A stretch of 64,000 bases of DNA from contig JABIEF010000073.1 in NCBI GenBank assembly GCA_018651345.1, forward strand, positions 7,318 to 71,317. Reading direction: 5' to 3'. Made by a program: the position numbers and the translations under genes. The notes beneath the pieces were generated by a model that had not been told where the DNA came from, did no database searches, and saw only the letters and a list, made by a program, of their open reading frames with translations. Shown piece by piece: positions 39,959 to 51,356 of the stretch; within the stretch, counting starts at the first letter, position 1, and every line of letters begins with the position of its first letter. Source of the stretch: Rhodobiaceae bacterium. GTDB lineage: Bacteria; Pseudomonadota; Alphaproteobacteria; Rhizobiales; TMED25.

Positions 39959-40795
39959 ATGAATTATCAGATAAAATCAATAACTGCTCAAAATGGTGGC
40001 CCAACAACATTTAATGGGACAAATACATATATATTAGGAAACAATAACTTGATCATTATTGACCCTGGACCTGATGATAATCAGCATTTAGAAAATATAT
40101 TAAGAAACGTCGAGAATAAAAACGTTGAGCATATAATTGTTACACATACTCATAAAGATCATTCAACGCTCGCTAATAAATTAGCAGAAATAACAGGAGC
40201 GAAGAAAATTGGCTCCACAAAATATTTTATCAAAAACCAAGAGAAAAATTCCATAATAAATTTTGATACAGAATTTACGCCAGATATATACCTCATAGAT
40301 CAGATGGTTATTAAAACAGAAGATTTGATTCTAAAAGCACTCCACACGCCTGGGCACACCTCTGATCACTTTTGCTTTAAGGAAGAGACTAAGAGTAAAA
40401 TCTTTACAGGTGACCATATCATGGGCTGGTCTAGCACTCTAGTATCACCGCCGGATGGTAATATGGGGGATTATATAGAATCACTTAATCGAATAATAGA
40501 TCAAGGAAATAATGAGTATTTCCCTGGACACGGAGATAAAATTACTGATGGAAAACGTTACACAGAAAAACTTCTCCAGCACAGAACTAATCGCAAGCAA
40601 AGAATTCATGAGCTTATTACATTGGGTAATAAAAATGCAGAAGAGTTAACGAGTTACATATACAAAGACATTGACACTAGATTGTTAAAATATGCTACCT
40701 TAACAATATTGGCTCATTTGATCGATCTTGAAAAAGAAAACTTTATAAAATCTGATGGAACAAACAATACTGAAACAAAATATAGAAAGATATAG
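39959..40795 (+). CDS. MBL-fold metallo-hydrolase (LACTB2-like)
   Basis: GTNTY, IDPGP, THTHKDH, TPGHTSDH, TGDH, PGHG. Confidence 0.9.
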   Translation: MNYQIKSITAQNGGPTTFNGTNTYILGNNNLIIIDPGPDDNQHLENILRNVENKNVEHIIVTHTHKDHSTLANKLAEITGAKKIGSTKYFIKNQEKNSIINFDTEFTPDIYLIDQMVIKTEDLILKALHTPGHTSDHFCFKEETKSKIFTGDHIMGWSSTLVSPPDGNMGDYIESLNRIIDQGNNEYFPGHGDKITDGKRYTEKLLQHRTNRKQRIHELITLGNKNAEELTSYIYKDIDTRLLKYATLTILAHLIDLEKENFIKSDGTNNTETKYRKI

Positions 40796-40812
40796 AGTAC
40801 CCCTGACCAAGA

Positions 40813-41436
40813 TCATGGGTATAATAATTTGGTATTCCATTCTTTATTTTCTAAATTAAATACAAGTCTTTGATGGAGCCTAAATTCTGAATTAACCCAA
40901 AATTCAATCTCGTTTGGAACGATTCTGTAACCCATCCAATAAGGAGGCTTAGGAACATCTTTATCTTCATATATTGATTCAATATCAGAAAAGGAACTCT
41001 TTAATTGCGATTGGCTTTCTAATTCCGCAGATTGTTTGCTGGCCCACGCTCCTATTTGACTTCCACGAGGCCTAGTTTTAAAATACATCTCTGAATCTGA
41101 ATCTGATAGGATTTCAACTTTACCTTTAATTCTAATTTGTCTTTGTAAGCTCTTCCAATGAAAACATGCTGCAACAGATTTATTTTGTGATAATTCTTTC
41201 CCTTTTGCACTGTTTGTATTCGTATAAAACGTAAAACCTTTTGGTCCATAATTTTTAAGCAAAACAACCCTTGCATTGGGTGTGTTGTCAGAATTCGATG
41301 TTGCAAGGACCATGGCATTAGGATCGTTTAACTCTCCGGACTTCGCCTCCTTTATCCATTCTTCAAATAAAACAAATGGATCCGCAATATTTGTAAAAAT
41401 ATTATTTAAGGAGTCGGTGTTAGAAATTTTTTTCAT
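40813..41436 (-). CDS. pdxH: Pyridoxamine 5'-phosphate oxidase
   Basis: RVVLLK, FYTN..S.K, RQIRI.G, RPRGSQIGAWAS.QS, EFW...RLH.R; start at 41436 or 41463. Confidence 0.95.
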   Translation of the reverse strand: MKKISNTDSLNNIFTNIADPFVLFEEWIKEAKSGELNDPNAMVLATSNSDNTPNARVVLLKNYGPKGFTFYTNTNSAKGKELSQNKSVAACFHWKSLQRQIRIKGKVEILSDSDSEMYFKTRPRGSQIGAWASKQSAELESQSQLKSSFSDIESIYEDKDVPKPPYWMGYRIVPNEIEFWVNSEFRLHQRLVFNLENKEWNTKLLYP

Positions 41437-41547
41437 AAAAATATTACTCTTATTATTAAACAATTATTATTAAATATATATTATATATAAATGTAGTATA
41501 TTACATATAACTTAAAAAATAATAATAAATTTATGAAATAAAAGACT

Positions 41548-42384
41548 ATGGAAAATAATACAAATAAAAATATTACCCCTCTAATGGCCGGAAAACGTGG
41601 CCTAGTTATGGGTGTGGCAAACAATAGATCAATTGCTTGGGGGATAGCTAAAACTCTACATCATCACGGAGCAGAAATCGCTTTTACTTATCAAGGTGAA
41701 GCCATAGAGAAAAGAATTAAACCTTTAGCAAAAGAATTAGATTCAGATATTGTGATCGAATGCGATGTTTCAGAAAAAGATTCTATTATCTCAGCATTTG
41801 AGACATTAAGGAATAAATGGGAGAAAATAGATTTTATCGTACACGCAATAGCTTTCTCCGATAAAAATGAATTAACAGGAAGATATATTGACACTTCACA
41901 AGAAAACTTCTTACAGACTATGTTGATATCAACTTATTCACTTACTGCCGTTTCTCAAGTTGCTGAAAAAATGCTAAATGAAAACGGATCCATTTTAACT
42001 CTTACCTATTACGGTGCAGAAAAAGTTATGCCTCATTATAATATAATGGGAGTTGCCAAGGCCGGATTAGAGGCTTCGGTGAGATACTTAAGTGTAGATC
42101 TAGGAAAAACAGGTAAACGCATTAATGCAATATCCGCAGGACCTATCAAAACGCTTGCTGCATCTGGAATTGGAGATTTTCGCTATATTCTTAAATGGAA
42201 TGAATATAATTCACCGTTAAGAAGAACAGTTTCAACCGATGACGTGGGAAATGCAGCGACCTACCTCCTTTCCGATCTTAGTAGTTCGGTTACTGGAGAG
42301 ATCCATCATGTAGACGCAGGTTATCATGTTGTTGGAATGAAAAACGAAGAAGCACCAGATATTACTACAACTAACAAAGAATAA
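41548..42384 (+). CDS. fabI: Enoyl-ACP reductase
   Basis: GVANNRSIAWGIA, YNIMGVAKA, SAGPIKTLAA. Confidence 0.96.
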   Translation: MENNTNKNITPLMAGKRGLVMGVANNRSIAWGIAKTLHHHGAEIAFTYQGEAIEKRIKPLAKELDSDIVIECDVSEKDSIISAFETLRNKWEKIDFIVHAIAFSDKNELTGRYIDTSQENFLQTMLISTYSLTAVSQVAEKMLNENGSILTLTYYGAEKVMPHYNIMGVAKAGLEASVRYLSVDLGKTGKRINAISAGPIKTLAASGIGDFRYILKWNEYNSPLRRTVSTDDVGNAATYLLSDLSSSVTGEIHHVDAGYHVVGMKNEEAPDITTTNKE

Positions 42385-42405
42385 TTAATAAATATAAAAA
42401 ATAAT

Positions 42406-43497
42406 ATGTCATATAATACATTTGGACACATGCTAAAAATAACAACTTGGGGTGAAAGTCATGGTCCTTATATTGGCTGCGTTCTTGATGGTTGCCCTCC
42501 TAATATAAAGATATCCATTGAAGAAATCCAAGATTATTTAGACAAAAGAAAACCTGGGCAATCAAAATACACAACTCAAAGAAAAGAACCTGATAAAATT
42601 ACTATAAACTCCGGTGTACTAGAAGATGAAAATGGAAATCTTCTAACCACAGGAGCACCAATATCATTAATTATTCAGAATATTGATCATAAGTCAAAAG
42701 ACTATTCTGAAATAAAAAGTAAGTTTAGGCCGGGGCACGCTGATTATACCTATATTGAAAAATATGGAATTAGAGATCATAGGGGTGGAGGCAGATCTTC
42801 TGCAAGAGAAACGGCAATGAGAGTTGCAGGAGGGGCTATTGCAAGAAAAATAATTCCAAATATTAAAATTAGAAGCGCCCTAGTTCAGATGGGTTCAATT
42901 AATATTAATCGTGATAATTGGGATTGGGACTTTGTAAATAAGAATCCTTTCTTTTGTCCGGACAAAGAAATTGTTCAGACTTGGGAAGATCATATAGAAA
43001 AAATCAGAAAATCAGGTAACTCAATAGGAGCGATAATTGAAGTAATTGCTGAAAATGTTCCAGCTGGACTTGGTGAACCAATATATGGAAAACTTGATCA
43101 AGACATTGCATCCGCATTGATGTCAATTAACGCAGTAAAAGGTGTTGAAATTGGTGCAGGATTTTCCAGTGCAGCTCTTACAGGAGAAGAAAATGCTGAT
43201 GAGATTAGGATAGGCAATAATTCGGAAGTAAAGTTTTTATCAAATAATGCTGGCGGTATTCTTGGGGGTATATCTACGGGGCAAAATATTGTAGCACGAT
43301 TTGCCGTTAAGCCAACATCCTCTATTTTACAACCAAAAAAAACAATTGATTATGATAAAAAAGAAACAGAGATTATAACAAAAGGTAGACATGATCCTTG
43401 TGTTGGGATTCGCGCTGCACCGGTTGGCGAGGCTATGATGGCTCTAGTTATAGCGGATCATTACATTAGAAACAGAGGACAAACAGGTAAAGAATAA
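42406..43497 (+). CDS. aroC: Chorismate synthase
   Basis: [28 protein letters not shown]. Confidence 0.97.
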   Translation: MSYNTFGHMLKITTWGESHGPYIGCVLDGCPPNIKISIEEIQDYLDKRKPGQSKYTTQRKEPDKITINSGVLEDENGNLLTTGAPISLIIQNIDHKSKDYSEIKSKFRPGHADYTYIEKYGIRDHRGGGRSSARETAMRVAGGAIARKIIPNIKIRSALVQMGSININRDNWDWDFVNKNPFFCPDKEIVQTWEDHIEKIRKSGNSIGAIIEVIAENVPAGLGEPIYGKLDQDIASALMSINAVKGVEIGAGFSSAALTGEENADEIRIGNNSEVKFLSNNAGGILGGISTGQNIVARFAVKPTSSILQPKKTIDYDKKETEIITKGRHDPCVGIRAAPVGEAMMALVIADHYIRNRGQTGKE

Positions 43498-43499
43498 TT

Positions 43500-44222
43500 T
43501 TATTTCTTTGCGTATATAAGCCACTCTTGATTACCTGTTTTTCCTAATAACGGTGATTTAAATAAGTTAATATCATAAAACCCCTGCTCTAATATCCATT
43601 GCCTTATATCCCAGACAGCTCTCCAAGCGATATCTGTATCTCTAACAATTCCACCGCTTCCTATATTTTCTCTTCCAACTTCAAATTGGGGCTTTATCAA
43701 TGCCATAAATACAATATTTTTTTTCAATAGAAGTAACGTATTTCCCATTGCTTTTTTTAGGCTTATAAAACTCACATCAACAGTTATAAGGTCTATATTA
43801 ATAAAAAAATCTTCTGTTAAATTCCTACTATCCGTACCTTCCATATTAATTACTTTATTGTTGCTTAAAAGATTCTTTGACAATTGATCGTGCCCAATAT
43901 CAACGGAATAAACCTTTCGAACATCTTTCTCCAAAAGAACTTGCGTGAAACCGCCTGTCGAGGCACCTATATCCACACAAACAAAATCCTTAATATTGAT
44001 ACCTATCGTCTCTAATAGAAATAATAGTTTTAATGCGGAGCGTGAAACATATAATAAAGAAATATCATCAATTGTAATCACATCCTCTTGAGAAACTTTA
44101 CGACTGATCTTGCTTGTAATCACACCATTTACTAAAACTTTACCTCTTCGTATAGAATCGGCAGCTTTACTCCTTGTGGCAGCCAAACCTCTATCCACTA
44201 TTATTTGATCTAATCTATTCAA
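43500..44222 (-). CDS. tlyA: TlyA-family RNA methyltransferase
   Basis: S4 domain RLD, YVSR..LKL, DIGASTGGFT, DVSFISL, LIKPQFE, GNQE. Confidence 0.93.
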   Translation of the reverse strand: MNRLDQIIVDRGLAATRSKAADSIRRGKVLVNGVITSKISRKVSQEDVITIDDISLLYVSRSALKLLFLLETIGINIKDFVCVDIGASTGGFTQVLLEKDVRKVYSVDIGHDQLSKNLLSNNKVINMEGTDSRNLTEDFFINIDLITVDVSFISLKKAMGNTLLLLKKNIVFMALIKPQFEVGRENIGSGGIVRDTDIAWRAVWDIRQWILEQGFYDINLFKSPLLGKTGNQEWLIYAKK

Positions 44223-44229
44223 TTATTTC

Positions 44230-46119
44230 CTATCTATCTATTTTAGTCATACTCGTGACACAATCAACAATAGAATGTGAATTAAGGCCTGCTTTAATAT
44301 ATTGATTTTCTTGCGTATCCTGTTGAAGAAAAATATCAGGTAAAAATATATTTTTAATTTTTAATTTAGAATCTAAATGGTTACCCTGTATTAAGAAGTT
44401 ATTCACATGAGAAGCAAAACCTCCAATAGAACCTTCTTCTATCGTAATTAGAATATAATGATTTTTAATTAATTTTAATATCATTTCTTCATCTAAAGGC
44501 TTAACAAATCTTGCGTCGACTATTGTAATATTAAAACCAAGTTTCTTAAGTGCTATATCAGCCTCTAGGCATTCTTTTATCAAAGTTCCATAGCATAATA
44601 AAACAATATCTTCTCCTTGTTTTACAATTTTACCCTTACCGATTGTAATAGGTTTAATTTCATTTGGAAATTCTATACCTATCCCATTACCTCTTGGATA
44701 TCTAAATGCTATCGGTCCTTCATTGTAATCTGCAGCAGTTACAACCATTCTAGCTAGTTCTAGCTCATTAGATGGGGCCATTACAGTAAAATTCGGCAAA
44801 GAAGCGAGATATGTTATATCAAATGATCCGGCATGGGTAGCTCCATCAGCTCCAACTAATCCAGCTCTATCTACAGCAAATCTGACTGGTAATTTCTGTA
44901 TAGCTACATCGTGTACCACTTGATCATAAGCTCTCTGCAAAAAAGTTGAATAGATTGAGCAAAAAGGCTTATACCCTTCTGTTGCTAACCCCGCTGCGAA
45001 TGTAACGGCATGTTGTTCAGCAATACCAACATCAAAATATCTTTCAGGATAGAGATTGGCAAATTTATCTAAACCAGTACCGCTTGGCATCGCTGCTGTA
45101 ATAGCAATTATTTTGTTATCTTCTTTTGCAACTTTTACTAACTCTGTTGAAAATGTATCCGTATAACTTTTAATATTTGTGTTTGGTTTTATCTGATTTC
45201 CTGTTGGTATATCAAATTTTGACACACCATGAAATTTATCAGCAGATCTCTCGGCAGGCTCATAACCCTTTCCTTTCTGGGTTACTATATGTAATAGTAT
45301 TGGGCCTTCTTTAGAATTTTTTACATTCCTTAGAATTGGCAATAGATGCTTAAAATTGTGTCCGTCAATAGGGCCAACATAATAAAAACCAAGTTCTTCG
45401 AATAAGGTTCCTCCCGTAAAAAAACCTCTTGAATATTCTTCGACTTTTGAAATACTTTGCCTTATTCTTTTAGGAAGGTGTGATATAATTTTCTTAACAT
45501 ACCTTCTTATACCCGTGTATGCGCCTCCTGAGATTAATTTAGCGAGATATGCACTCATGGCACCAACTGGAGGTGCTATTGACATGTCATTATCGTTTAA
45601 AATAACGATTAATCGATTATTCATTGACCCTGCGTTATTCATGGCCTCATAGGCCATTCCAGCACTCATTGCGCCATCGCCTATAACAGCAATAACATTA
45701 CCCTCTGATAGTGATAAATTTCTAGCTACAGAGATTCCCAAGCTTGATGAGATAGAAGTAGATGAATGAGCGGCACCAAATGTATCATACTCACTTTCAC
45801 TTCTAGACGTAAATCCAGACAATCCATCACCTTGGCGCAGTCTTTCCATTAACTTTCTGCGACCGGTTAGTATTTTGTGAGGGTAAGTTTGATGACCAAC
45901 ATCCCATATTAATTTATCATCTGGCGTATCAAAAATATAATGTAGTGCAATAGTCAGCTCAACCACACCTAGTCCAGCACCTAAATGCCCACCTGTCTTA
46001 GATACTATTTCAATTAATTCTGTTCTCAATTCATCTGCAAGAGGCCCAAGATCTATTTCTTCTAGTTTTCTAAGATCACAAGGATAATGAATTCTATCTA
46101 ATATTGGTGTTTTTCTCAT
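44230..46119 (-). CDS. dxs: 1-deoxy-D-xylulose-5-phosphate synthase
   Basis: [27 protein letters not shown]...NDN, GIAEQHA, DRAG..GADG.TH. Confidence 0.97.
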   Translation of the reverse strand: MRKTPILDRIHYPCDLRKLEEIDLGPLADELRTELIEIVSKTGGHLGAGLGVVELTIALHYIFDTPDDKLIWDVGHQTYPHKILTGRRKLMERLRQGDGLSGFTSRSESEYDTFGAAHSSTSISSSLGISVARNLSLSEGNVIAVIGDGAMSAGMAYEAMNNAGSMNNRLIVILNDNDMSIAPPVGAMSAYLAKLISGGAYTGIRRYVKKIISHLPKRIRQSISKVEEYSRGFFTGGTLFEELGFYYVGPIDGHNFKHLLPILRNVKNSKEGPILLHIVTQKGKGYEPAERSADKFHGVSKFDIPTGNQIKPNTNIKSYTDTFSTELVKVAKEDNKIIAITAAMPSGTGLDKFANLYPERYFDVGIAEQHAVTFAAGLATEGYKPFCSIYSTFLQRAYDQVVHDVAIQKLPVRFAVDRAGLVGADGATHAGSFDITYLASLPNFTVMAPSNELELARMVVTAADYNEGPIAFRYPRGNGIGIEFPNEIKPITIGKGKIVKQGEDIVLLCYGTLIKECLEADIALKKLGFNITIVDARFVKPLDEEMILKLIKNHYILITIEEGSIGGFASHVNNFLIQGNHLDSKLKIKNIFLPDIFLQQDTQENQYIKAGLNSHSIVDCVTSMTKIDR

Positions 46120-46161
46120 AAATTATAAACTTATTTTTATATTTAAAACTCTAAGAAAGGA

Positions 46162-46419
46162 TTATTCGTTATCTTTAAGAGATTGACTATTTTCTATATT
46201 ACCCGAAGCATTAAGGTTTATCTTTTCTATCCTCGCTTCAGCTTCGTTTAATAAACTATTACAATGAACTTTAAGGGCTTCGCCTCTTTCGTATTTAGAT
46301 ATAGATTCTTCAAGCCCTATTGAGCCATTCTCAAGACTTTCAACAATTAACTCCAGCTCTTTAATAGCATCTTCGAAGCTCAGGCTACTTATATCTTTGT
46401 TAATTACATCAGATCCCAT
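46162..46419 (-). CDS. xseB: Exodeoxyribonuclease VII small subunit
   Basis: SFEDA..ELE.IV..LE.G...LEES...YERG. Confidence 0.93.
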   Translation of the reverse strand: MGSDVINKDISSLSFEDAIKELELIVESLENGSIGLEESISKYERGEALKVHCNSLLNEAEARIEKINLNASGNIENSQSLKDNE

Positions 46420-46538
46420 GTTAATAAACTCCTCAATATATTTTTACTATATTATTTATCACTATTTTTATGTTAATTTTATATATATTCTATATAAACT
46501 TAATTAATAATGAATAATAGCTTTTTCGATAACACAAA

Positions 46539-47486
46539 ATGTTAAATAACAATATCATACCAGCCAATGCCTCAAGCATTAAAATTGCAAGTAATATACT
46601 AAGAGAAAATGGAATTATTTCCTTTCCCACCGAGACCGTTTATGGATTAGGAGCATCTGCTCTTAGTAGTGATGCAATTGCTAAAATATATGCTGTTAAA
46701 AAAAGACCAAGATTTAATCCCTTAATCGTTCATGTTAGCTCATTGAAAAAAGCAAAGCAGATTGGAATTTTTAATGCTGAAACTCAAAAGTTAGCGGAAA
46801 TATTTTGGCCCGGTCCGTTAACTATTGTAGTTCCTATTAGGGAAAATAGTCTAATATCTGATCTAGTAACAGCAGGATTATCAACGATAGCATTAAGGGT
46901 GCCATCAAATAATATTGCCCTAGATTTACTAAACTATTGTGATATTCCATTGGCTGCACCAAGTGCAAATCTATCTGGTACAGTTAGCCCAACAACTGCA
47001 AAACATGTATTTGATGATTTTCATGATTCAGTTGATATCATTCTTGACGGTGGTAGGTGTGAATATGGGATAGAATCAACTATAATTCTTAGCTCTAAAG
47101 ATGGATTTAAGCTACTAAGAGCTGGTTACATCACAGAAGATATTATTGAGAAAGAATTAGGTATAATAGTTCAAAAATATAAATCATCAGCAATTATCGC
47201 TCCAGGGCAATTAGAAAAACACTATGCGCCAAAAGCAAAATTGAGATTAAACGCAAGCACATTATTGAAAGATGAAGAATTTATTGGATTTGGAAAAGTT
47301 CCAGATGGCATTTCATCAACAATAAACTTGTCTATAAACGGTGATCTGGTTGAAGCAGCAATGAATTTATTCAGTATATTACGTTCTATTGATGATCTAA
47401 AATTAAATAATGTTGCTGTAGCTAAAATTCCAAATATAGGAATAGGAATAGCAATTAATGATAGACTACAAAGGGCAGCAATATAA
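46539..47486 (+). CDS. tsaC: L-threonylcarbamoyladenylate synthase (Sua5-type)
   Basis: PTETVYGLGA, K.RP..NPLIVH, FWPGPLT, AAPSAN, PGQL..HYAP, AINDRL.RAA. Confidence 0.95.
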   Translation: MLNNNIIPANASSIKIASNILRENGIISFPTETVYGLGASALSSDAIAKIYAVKKRPRFNPLIVHVSSLKKAKQIGIFNAETQKLAEIFWPGPLTIVVPIRENSLISDLVTAGLSTIALRVPSNNIALDLLNYCDIPLAAPSANLSGTVSPTTAKHVFDDFHDSVDIILDGGRCEYGIESTIILSSKDGFKLLRAGYITEDIIEKELGIIVQKYKSSAIIAPGQLEKHYAPKAKLRLNASTLLKDEEFIGFGKVPDGISSTINLSINGDLVEAAMNLFSILRSIDDLKLNNVAVAKIPNIGIGIAINDRLQRAAI

Positions 47487-47515
47487 AATTATAAGCTATA
47501 AGGAGAATTAATCTA

Positions 47516-48967
47516 ATGAGTAAGAATGTTGTGAATAATAGGGAGGGTTATGCGTACCCTGATCAAAACATAATGAATTTATTTTGTGGAATAGTGGGCG
47601 ATTCAAATGTTTTATTAGATGAAAATGATATGCAATCATTTCTATCGGAGCCAAGGAATTTATATAAGGCAAAAGCGGCATGCGTAATTAAGCCAAGTTC
47701 AGTATTAGAGATTAGTAACATACTAAAAATAGCAAACGATAATAATATTGCAATAGTCCCCCAAGGTGGCAATACCGGATTAGTTGGCGGACAAGTGCCC
47801 TACGATAAAGGCAATGAAGTCATTTTGTCGCTTTCCAGGTTAAATAAATTAAGAGCGATTGATATAAGTACAAATTCTATAACAATAGAAGCCGGCATGA
47901 CCTTGGATAAAGTACAAAAATTAGCAGATGAAAACGATAGGTTATTCCCCCTAAGTCTAGGATCAGAAGGTTCCTGTCAAATTGGTGGCAATCTTGCAAC
48001 TAATGCAGGTGGTACAGCGGTTATTGAATACGGTAACACCAGAGAGCTAACTTTAGGGCTAGAGGTAGTGTTAGCAGACGGGAAGATATTAAATGGATTA
48101 AAAAGTTTAAGGAAAGATAATACTGGCTATGATCTTAAAAATATATTTATAGGAAGCGAAGGAACTCTTGGTATAATTACAGCTGCAACGATGAAATTAT
48201 TTCCAAAACCTAAAAACATAATTAGTACTTTTGTATCTTTAAGTAACTTAAATGCAGCCGTTGATTTATTAAATTTTCTACGCGAAGAAACTATGAATAA
48301 GATCACGAGTTTTGAATTAATGCCAAAGATTGGAATTGAATTAGTTCAAAAGCATAAACCAAATATAAATATTCCGTTAAAAGATCTCAATGATTGGTCT
48401 GCTTTAATTGAATTTTCCTCCAATAGCACACTAGATTCAGCAAGAGATGATTTAGAGAATACTCTTTTTAAAGCTATCAATGAAAACTATATAACCGATT
48501 GTATAATTGCAGAATCCATATCTCAATCAATGGATTTTTGGAGAATAAGACATTTTATTGTTGAAGTTCAAGCTTATGAAGGCGGGAGCATTAAACATGA
48601 TATTTCTATTCCAATTGCAAAAATACCTCAATTTATTAATGAAGCAAATAATATTGCAGAATCTGTATACCCCTCATCTCGCCCTATTCCCTTTGGGCAC
48701 ATTGGAGATGGTAATATTCATTATAATATTACCCAACCAATAAATGAAAATACAGATAAATTCATGGAAAAATGGCATGATATGTCTAGTAAAGTGCATG
48801 ATCTAGTTGTTAAGCTAAATGGTTCTATTAGCGCGGAGCATGGAATTGGTAGAATGAAAAGGGATGAATTATATGAAAGATCTGATTCTACCAAAAATTA
48901 TATAATGAAGAATATAAAGAATGCATTAGATGCAAGAGGAATCCTTAATCCAGGAAAAGTATTGTAA
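47516..48967 (+). CDS. FAD-binding D-2-hydroxyacid dehydrogenase (D2HGDH/GlcD-like)
   Basis: PQGGNTGLVGG, GGNLATNAGG, LRKDNTGYDL, GHIGDGNIH, SAEHGIG, LNPGKV. Confidence 0.9.
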   Translation: MSKNVVNNREGYAYPDQNIMNLFCGIVGDSNVLLDENDMQSFLSEPRNLYKAKAACVIKPSSVLEISNILKIANDNNIAIVPQGGNTGLVGGQVPYDKGNEVILSLSRLNKLRAIDISTNSITIEAGMTLDKVQKLADENDRLFPLSLGSEGSCQIGGNLATNAGGTAVIEYGNTRELTLGLEVVLADGKILNGLKSLRKDNTGYDLKNIFIGSEGTLGIITAATMKLFPKPKNIISTFVSLSNLNAAVDLLNFLREETMNKITSFELMPKIGIELVQKHKPNINIPLKDLNDWSALIEFSSNSTLDSARDDLENTLFKAINENYITDCIIAESISQSMDFWRIRHFIVEVQAYEGGSIKHDISIPIAKIPQFINEANNIAESVYPSSRPIPFGHIGDGNIHYNITQPINENTDKFMEKWHDMSSKVHDLVVKLNGSISAEHGIGRMKRDELYERSDSTKNYIMKNIKNALDARGILNPGKVL

Positions 48968-49013
48968 TCAATTCATATAAATAAGTTACCTGAACATATT
49001 TGGAGGTATAAAA

Positions 49014-49427
49014 ATTAATAGAGATTATCCTAAAAATCCATTATTTGGAGTTAGCTCATTAATTATTAGAGAAAGCAAAGTCCTTGTGGTAAAAAGATCC
49101 AATAAACCTGAAATATGGAGTCTTCCCGGAGGGCTAGTGGAGCTCGGTGAAACACAACAAAATGCTGCCATAAGAGAAGTTCAAGAAGAAACAAATGCAA
49201 ATATAAGGATTATTAAATTCCTAGAGAATTTAGATATAATTATAAAAGATGAAAAGAGCCAAATAAAGAGACATTATATTTTGGCCGTTTTTGGCGGAGA
49301 ATATATAAATGGTAACATTATCGCGGGGGACGATGCGATAGATGCTAGGTGGCTTGCAATTCAGGATATAAGCAGCATTAACATGACCACTGGAACGGCT
49401 CAATTTATAATGAAATACAGAAAATAA
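49014..49427 (+). CDS. NUDIX hydrolase; proposed ATT start at 49014
   Basis: Nudix box GGLVELGETQQNAAIREVQEET, GDDA; frame extends 24 codons upstream of the track's GTG (INRDYPKNPLFGVS...); GGAGG at 49002-49006. Confidence 0.9.
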   Translation: MNRDYPKNPLFGVSSLIIRESKVLVVKRSNKPEIWSLPGGLVELGETQQNAAIREVQEETNANIRIIKFLENLDIIIKDEKSQIKRHYILAVFGGEYINGNIIAGDDAIDARWLAIQDISSINMTTGTAQFIMKYRK

Positions 49428-50414
49428 TTATATATTTACTATATATCTTCCCTTGTGTTTTCCTTCTATAATTTTATTAGACGCTAACAAAACTTCATCA
49501 ATACTTATATCAGTAATAACTGGTTTTATTAAATTTAAATCAATCAATTCGACCAATCTACCCCAAGCATATTCTCTTTTTTCTTTTTTACAATAAGCCG
49601 AATCAATTCCGAGTAATTTAATACCCCGAAGGATGAATGGAGCCATATTAGTATTTAAATTTATACCCTGTATTTGCCCGCAAACAGAAATAACTCCTCC
49701 TCTAGCTGTTTGTGCAATTATATGAGAAAGAGTACCCCCTCCAATAACATCAACTGCACTAGCCCAAGTCTCTTTATCTACTAATCGAGGAGTACCATTG
49801 AATACTTCACTATTAATAATTCGTTCGGCACCCAATCCTATAAGATGCTTTTCTTCATAAATCTTTCTAGTTGACGCAACAACACTAAATCCTAATTTTG
49901 ACAGAATCATAATGGCAAAAGTTCCAACGCCACCCGTTGCACCTGTAACAACTATTTCACCCATATCAGGTGTAATGCCCGATTCTTCGATTCCAATAAC
50001 ACAGAGCATTGCTGTTAACCCTGCTGTTCCTATAGACATAACATCATTGCAGGAAAACTGCTTTGGAACCTTTAATAACCATTCCGATTCAATTCTTGCA
50101 TATTCAGAAAGACCACCATAATGAAGTTCTCCCATTCCATGGCCAGTAGCAAAAACACTATCTCCCCTTTTAAAAAACGGATTATTAGAATCCTCAATAA
50201 TACCTGCAAGGTCAATACCTGGTATCATTGGGAATTTTCTAACAACAGGAGCTTTACCGGTTAAAGCCAATGAATCTTTATAATTAATACCGGATGACAC
50301 AACCTTAATGATAGTATCTGCAGGCATTAAATCTTTAATATTGATTTTTTTTAATTTCGCTATTGTTAATTTATCTTCTTGCGATAGATACCAAGCTCTA
50401 AATTTATTATCCAT
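49428..50414 (-). CDS. acuI: Acryloyl-CoA reductase-like MDR oxidoreductase (YhdH/AcuI family)
   Basis: INYKD.LA, PGIDLAG, IGTAGLTA, VTGATGGVG, PFILRG..L.GIDS. Confidence 0.85.
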   Translation of the reverse strand: MDNKFRAWYLSQEDKLTIAKLKKINIKDLMPADTIIKVVSSGINYKDSLALTGKAPVVRKFPMIPGIDLAGIIEDSNNPFFKRGDSVFATGHGMGELHYGGLSEYARIESEWLLKVPKQFSCNDVMSIGTAGLTAMLCVIGIEESGITPDMGEIVVTGATGGVGTFAIMILSKLGFSVVASTRKIYEEKHLIGLGAERIINSEVFNGTPRLVDKETWASAVDVIGGGTLSHIIAQTARGGVISVCGQIQGINLNTNMAPFILRGIKLLGIDSAYCKKEKREYAWGRLVELIDLNLIKPVITDISIDEVLLASNKIIEGKHKGRYIVNI

Positions 50415-50556
50415 TAATTACCCAAATTATATAAATAAATACAATTAATATATTACAAGATATTCTTTAATATACTATAATTAAAATATTAATGATCAAT
50501 AATCTATATTAGTAATTAAATAGATTTAATAAAATAATTATTATGTTAATTAAAAG

Positions 50557-51330
50557 ATGAAAAAAAATATACTAGAAGATAGATCTGTAATAGAAATAAA
50601 AGGCGATGAATCGGTAAAATTCCTTCAGAATATACTGACCGCAGATATATCATTATTAAATGAAAATAATACACTAAGCTCCGCCTTACTCAGTCCGCAA
50701 GGAAAAATATTATTTGAAATGATAATTTATTCTCATGAGGGTAATATACTCATAGAAAGTAATGAAAATCTGCATAAAGAGTTAATTGAAAAACTCAATT
50801 TATATAAATTAAATTCAAATATAGAAATAAAATATCGTAAAGATCTAATTGTTTCATGGGAAAAATTAGATACCGAGGTAGGTCCAAATTTTTATACCGA
50901 TCCACGCAACAAAGAATTAGGTCAAAGAGCAATCGTTCAAAAAGAAGAAAATTTAAAGAGTAATTTAGATTTATACCACAAGGTCAGGATAAGTCTAGGT
51001 ATCCCTGAAATAGTTTATGATTATAATCAAAATACTATTTTTCCACACGAGGCAAATCTCAGTGATTTTAACGGTGTATCCTTACATAAAGGTTGCTATA
51101 TTGGCCAAGAAATAGTTTCAAGAATGCATTTTCGTGGAACTGTGAAAAAAAAATTTCATTTATTTAATTACGAAGGCAGTGTATCTGCATTTAACGAAAA
51201 TCTAGTACGCAACAATAAGATTATTGGAACATTTGGATCACATACAGAGGATAAAGTGCTAATCCTAATTAAATTACAAGAATTGCAAGAAAACATAAAA
51301 TTAGAAAAAATAAATTTATACTTATGTTAG
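50557..51330 (+). CDS. ygfZ: Folate-binding Fe-S assembly protein YgfZ
   Basis: FLQ...T, LSPQGK, signature KGCYIGQE. Confidence 0.92.
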   Translation: MKKNILEDRSVIEIKGDESVKFLQNILTADISLLNENNTLSSALLSPQGKILFEMIIYSHEGNILIESNENLHKELIEKLNLYKLNSNIEIKYRKDLIVSWEKLDTEVGPNFYTDPRNKELGQRAIVQKEENLKSNLDLYHKVRISLGIPEIVYDYNQNTIFPHEANLSDFNGVSLHKGCYIGQEIVSRMHFRGTVKKKFHLFNYEGSVSAFNENLVRNNKIIGTFGSHTEDKVLILIKLQELQENIKLEKINLYLC

Positions 51331-51356
51331 ACGATAGTAATAATTAATAAGATAAT

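Noticed and set aside
39959-40795. Beta-lactamase resistance gene
   Set aside because: No signal peptide; motifs and housekeeping context fit a LACTB2-like hydrolase.
43500-44222. TlyA as a hemolysin or virulence factor
   Set aside because: Conserved dxs-tlyA context and S4 plus methyltransferase motifs indicate an RNA methyltransferase.
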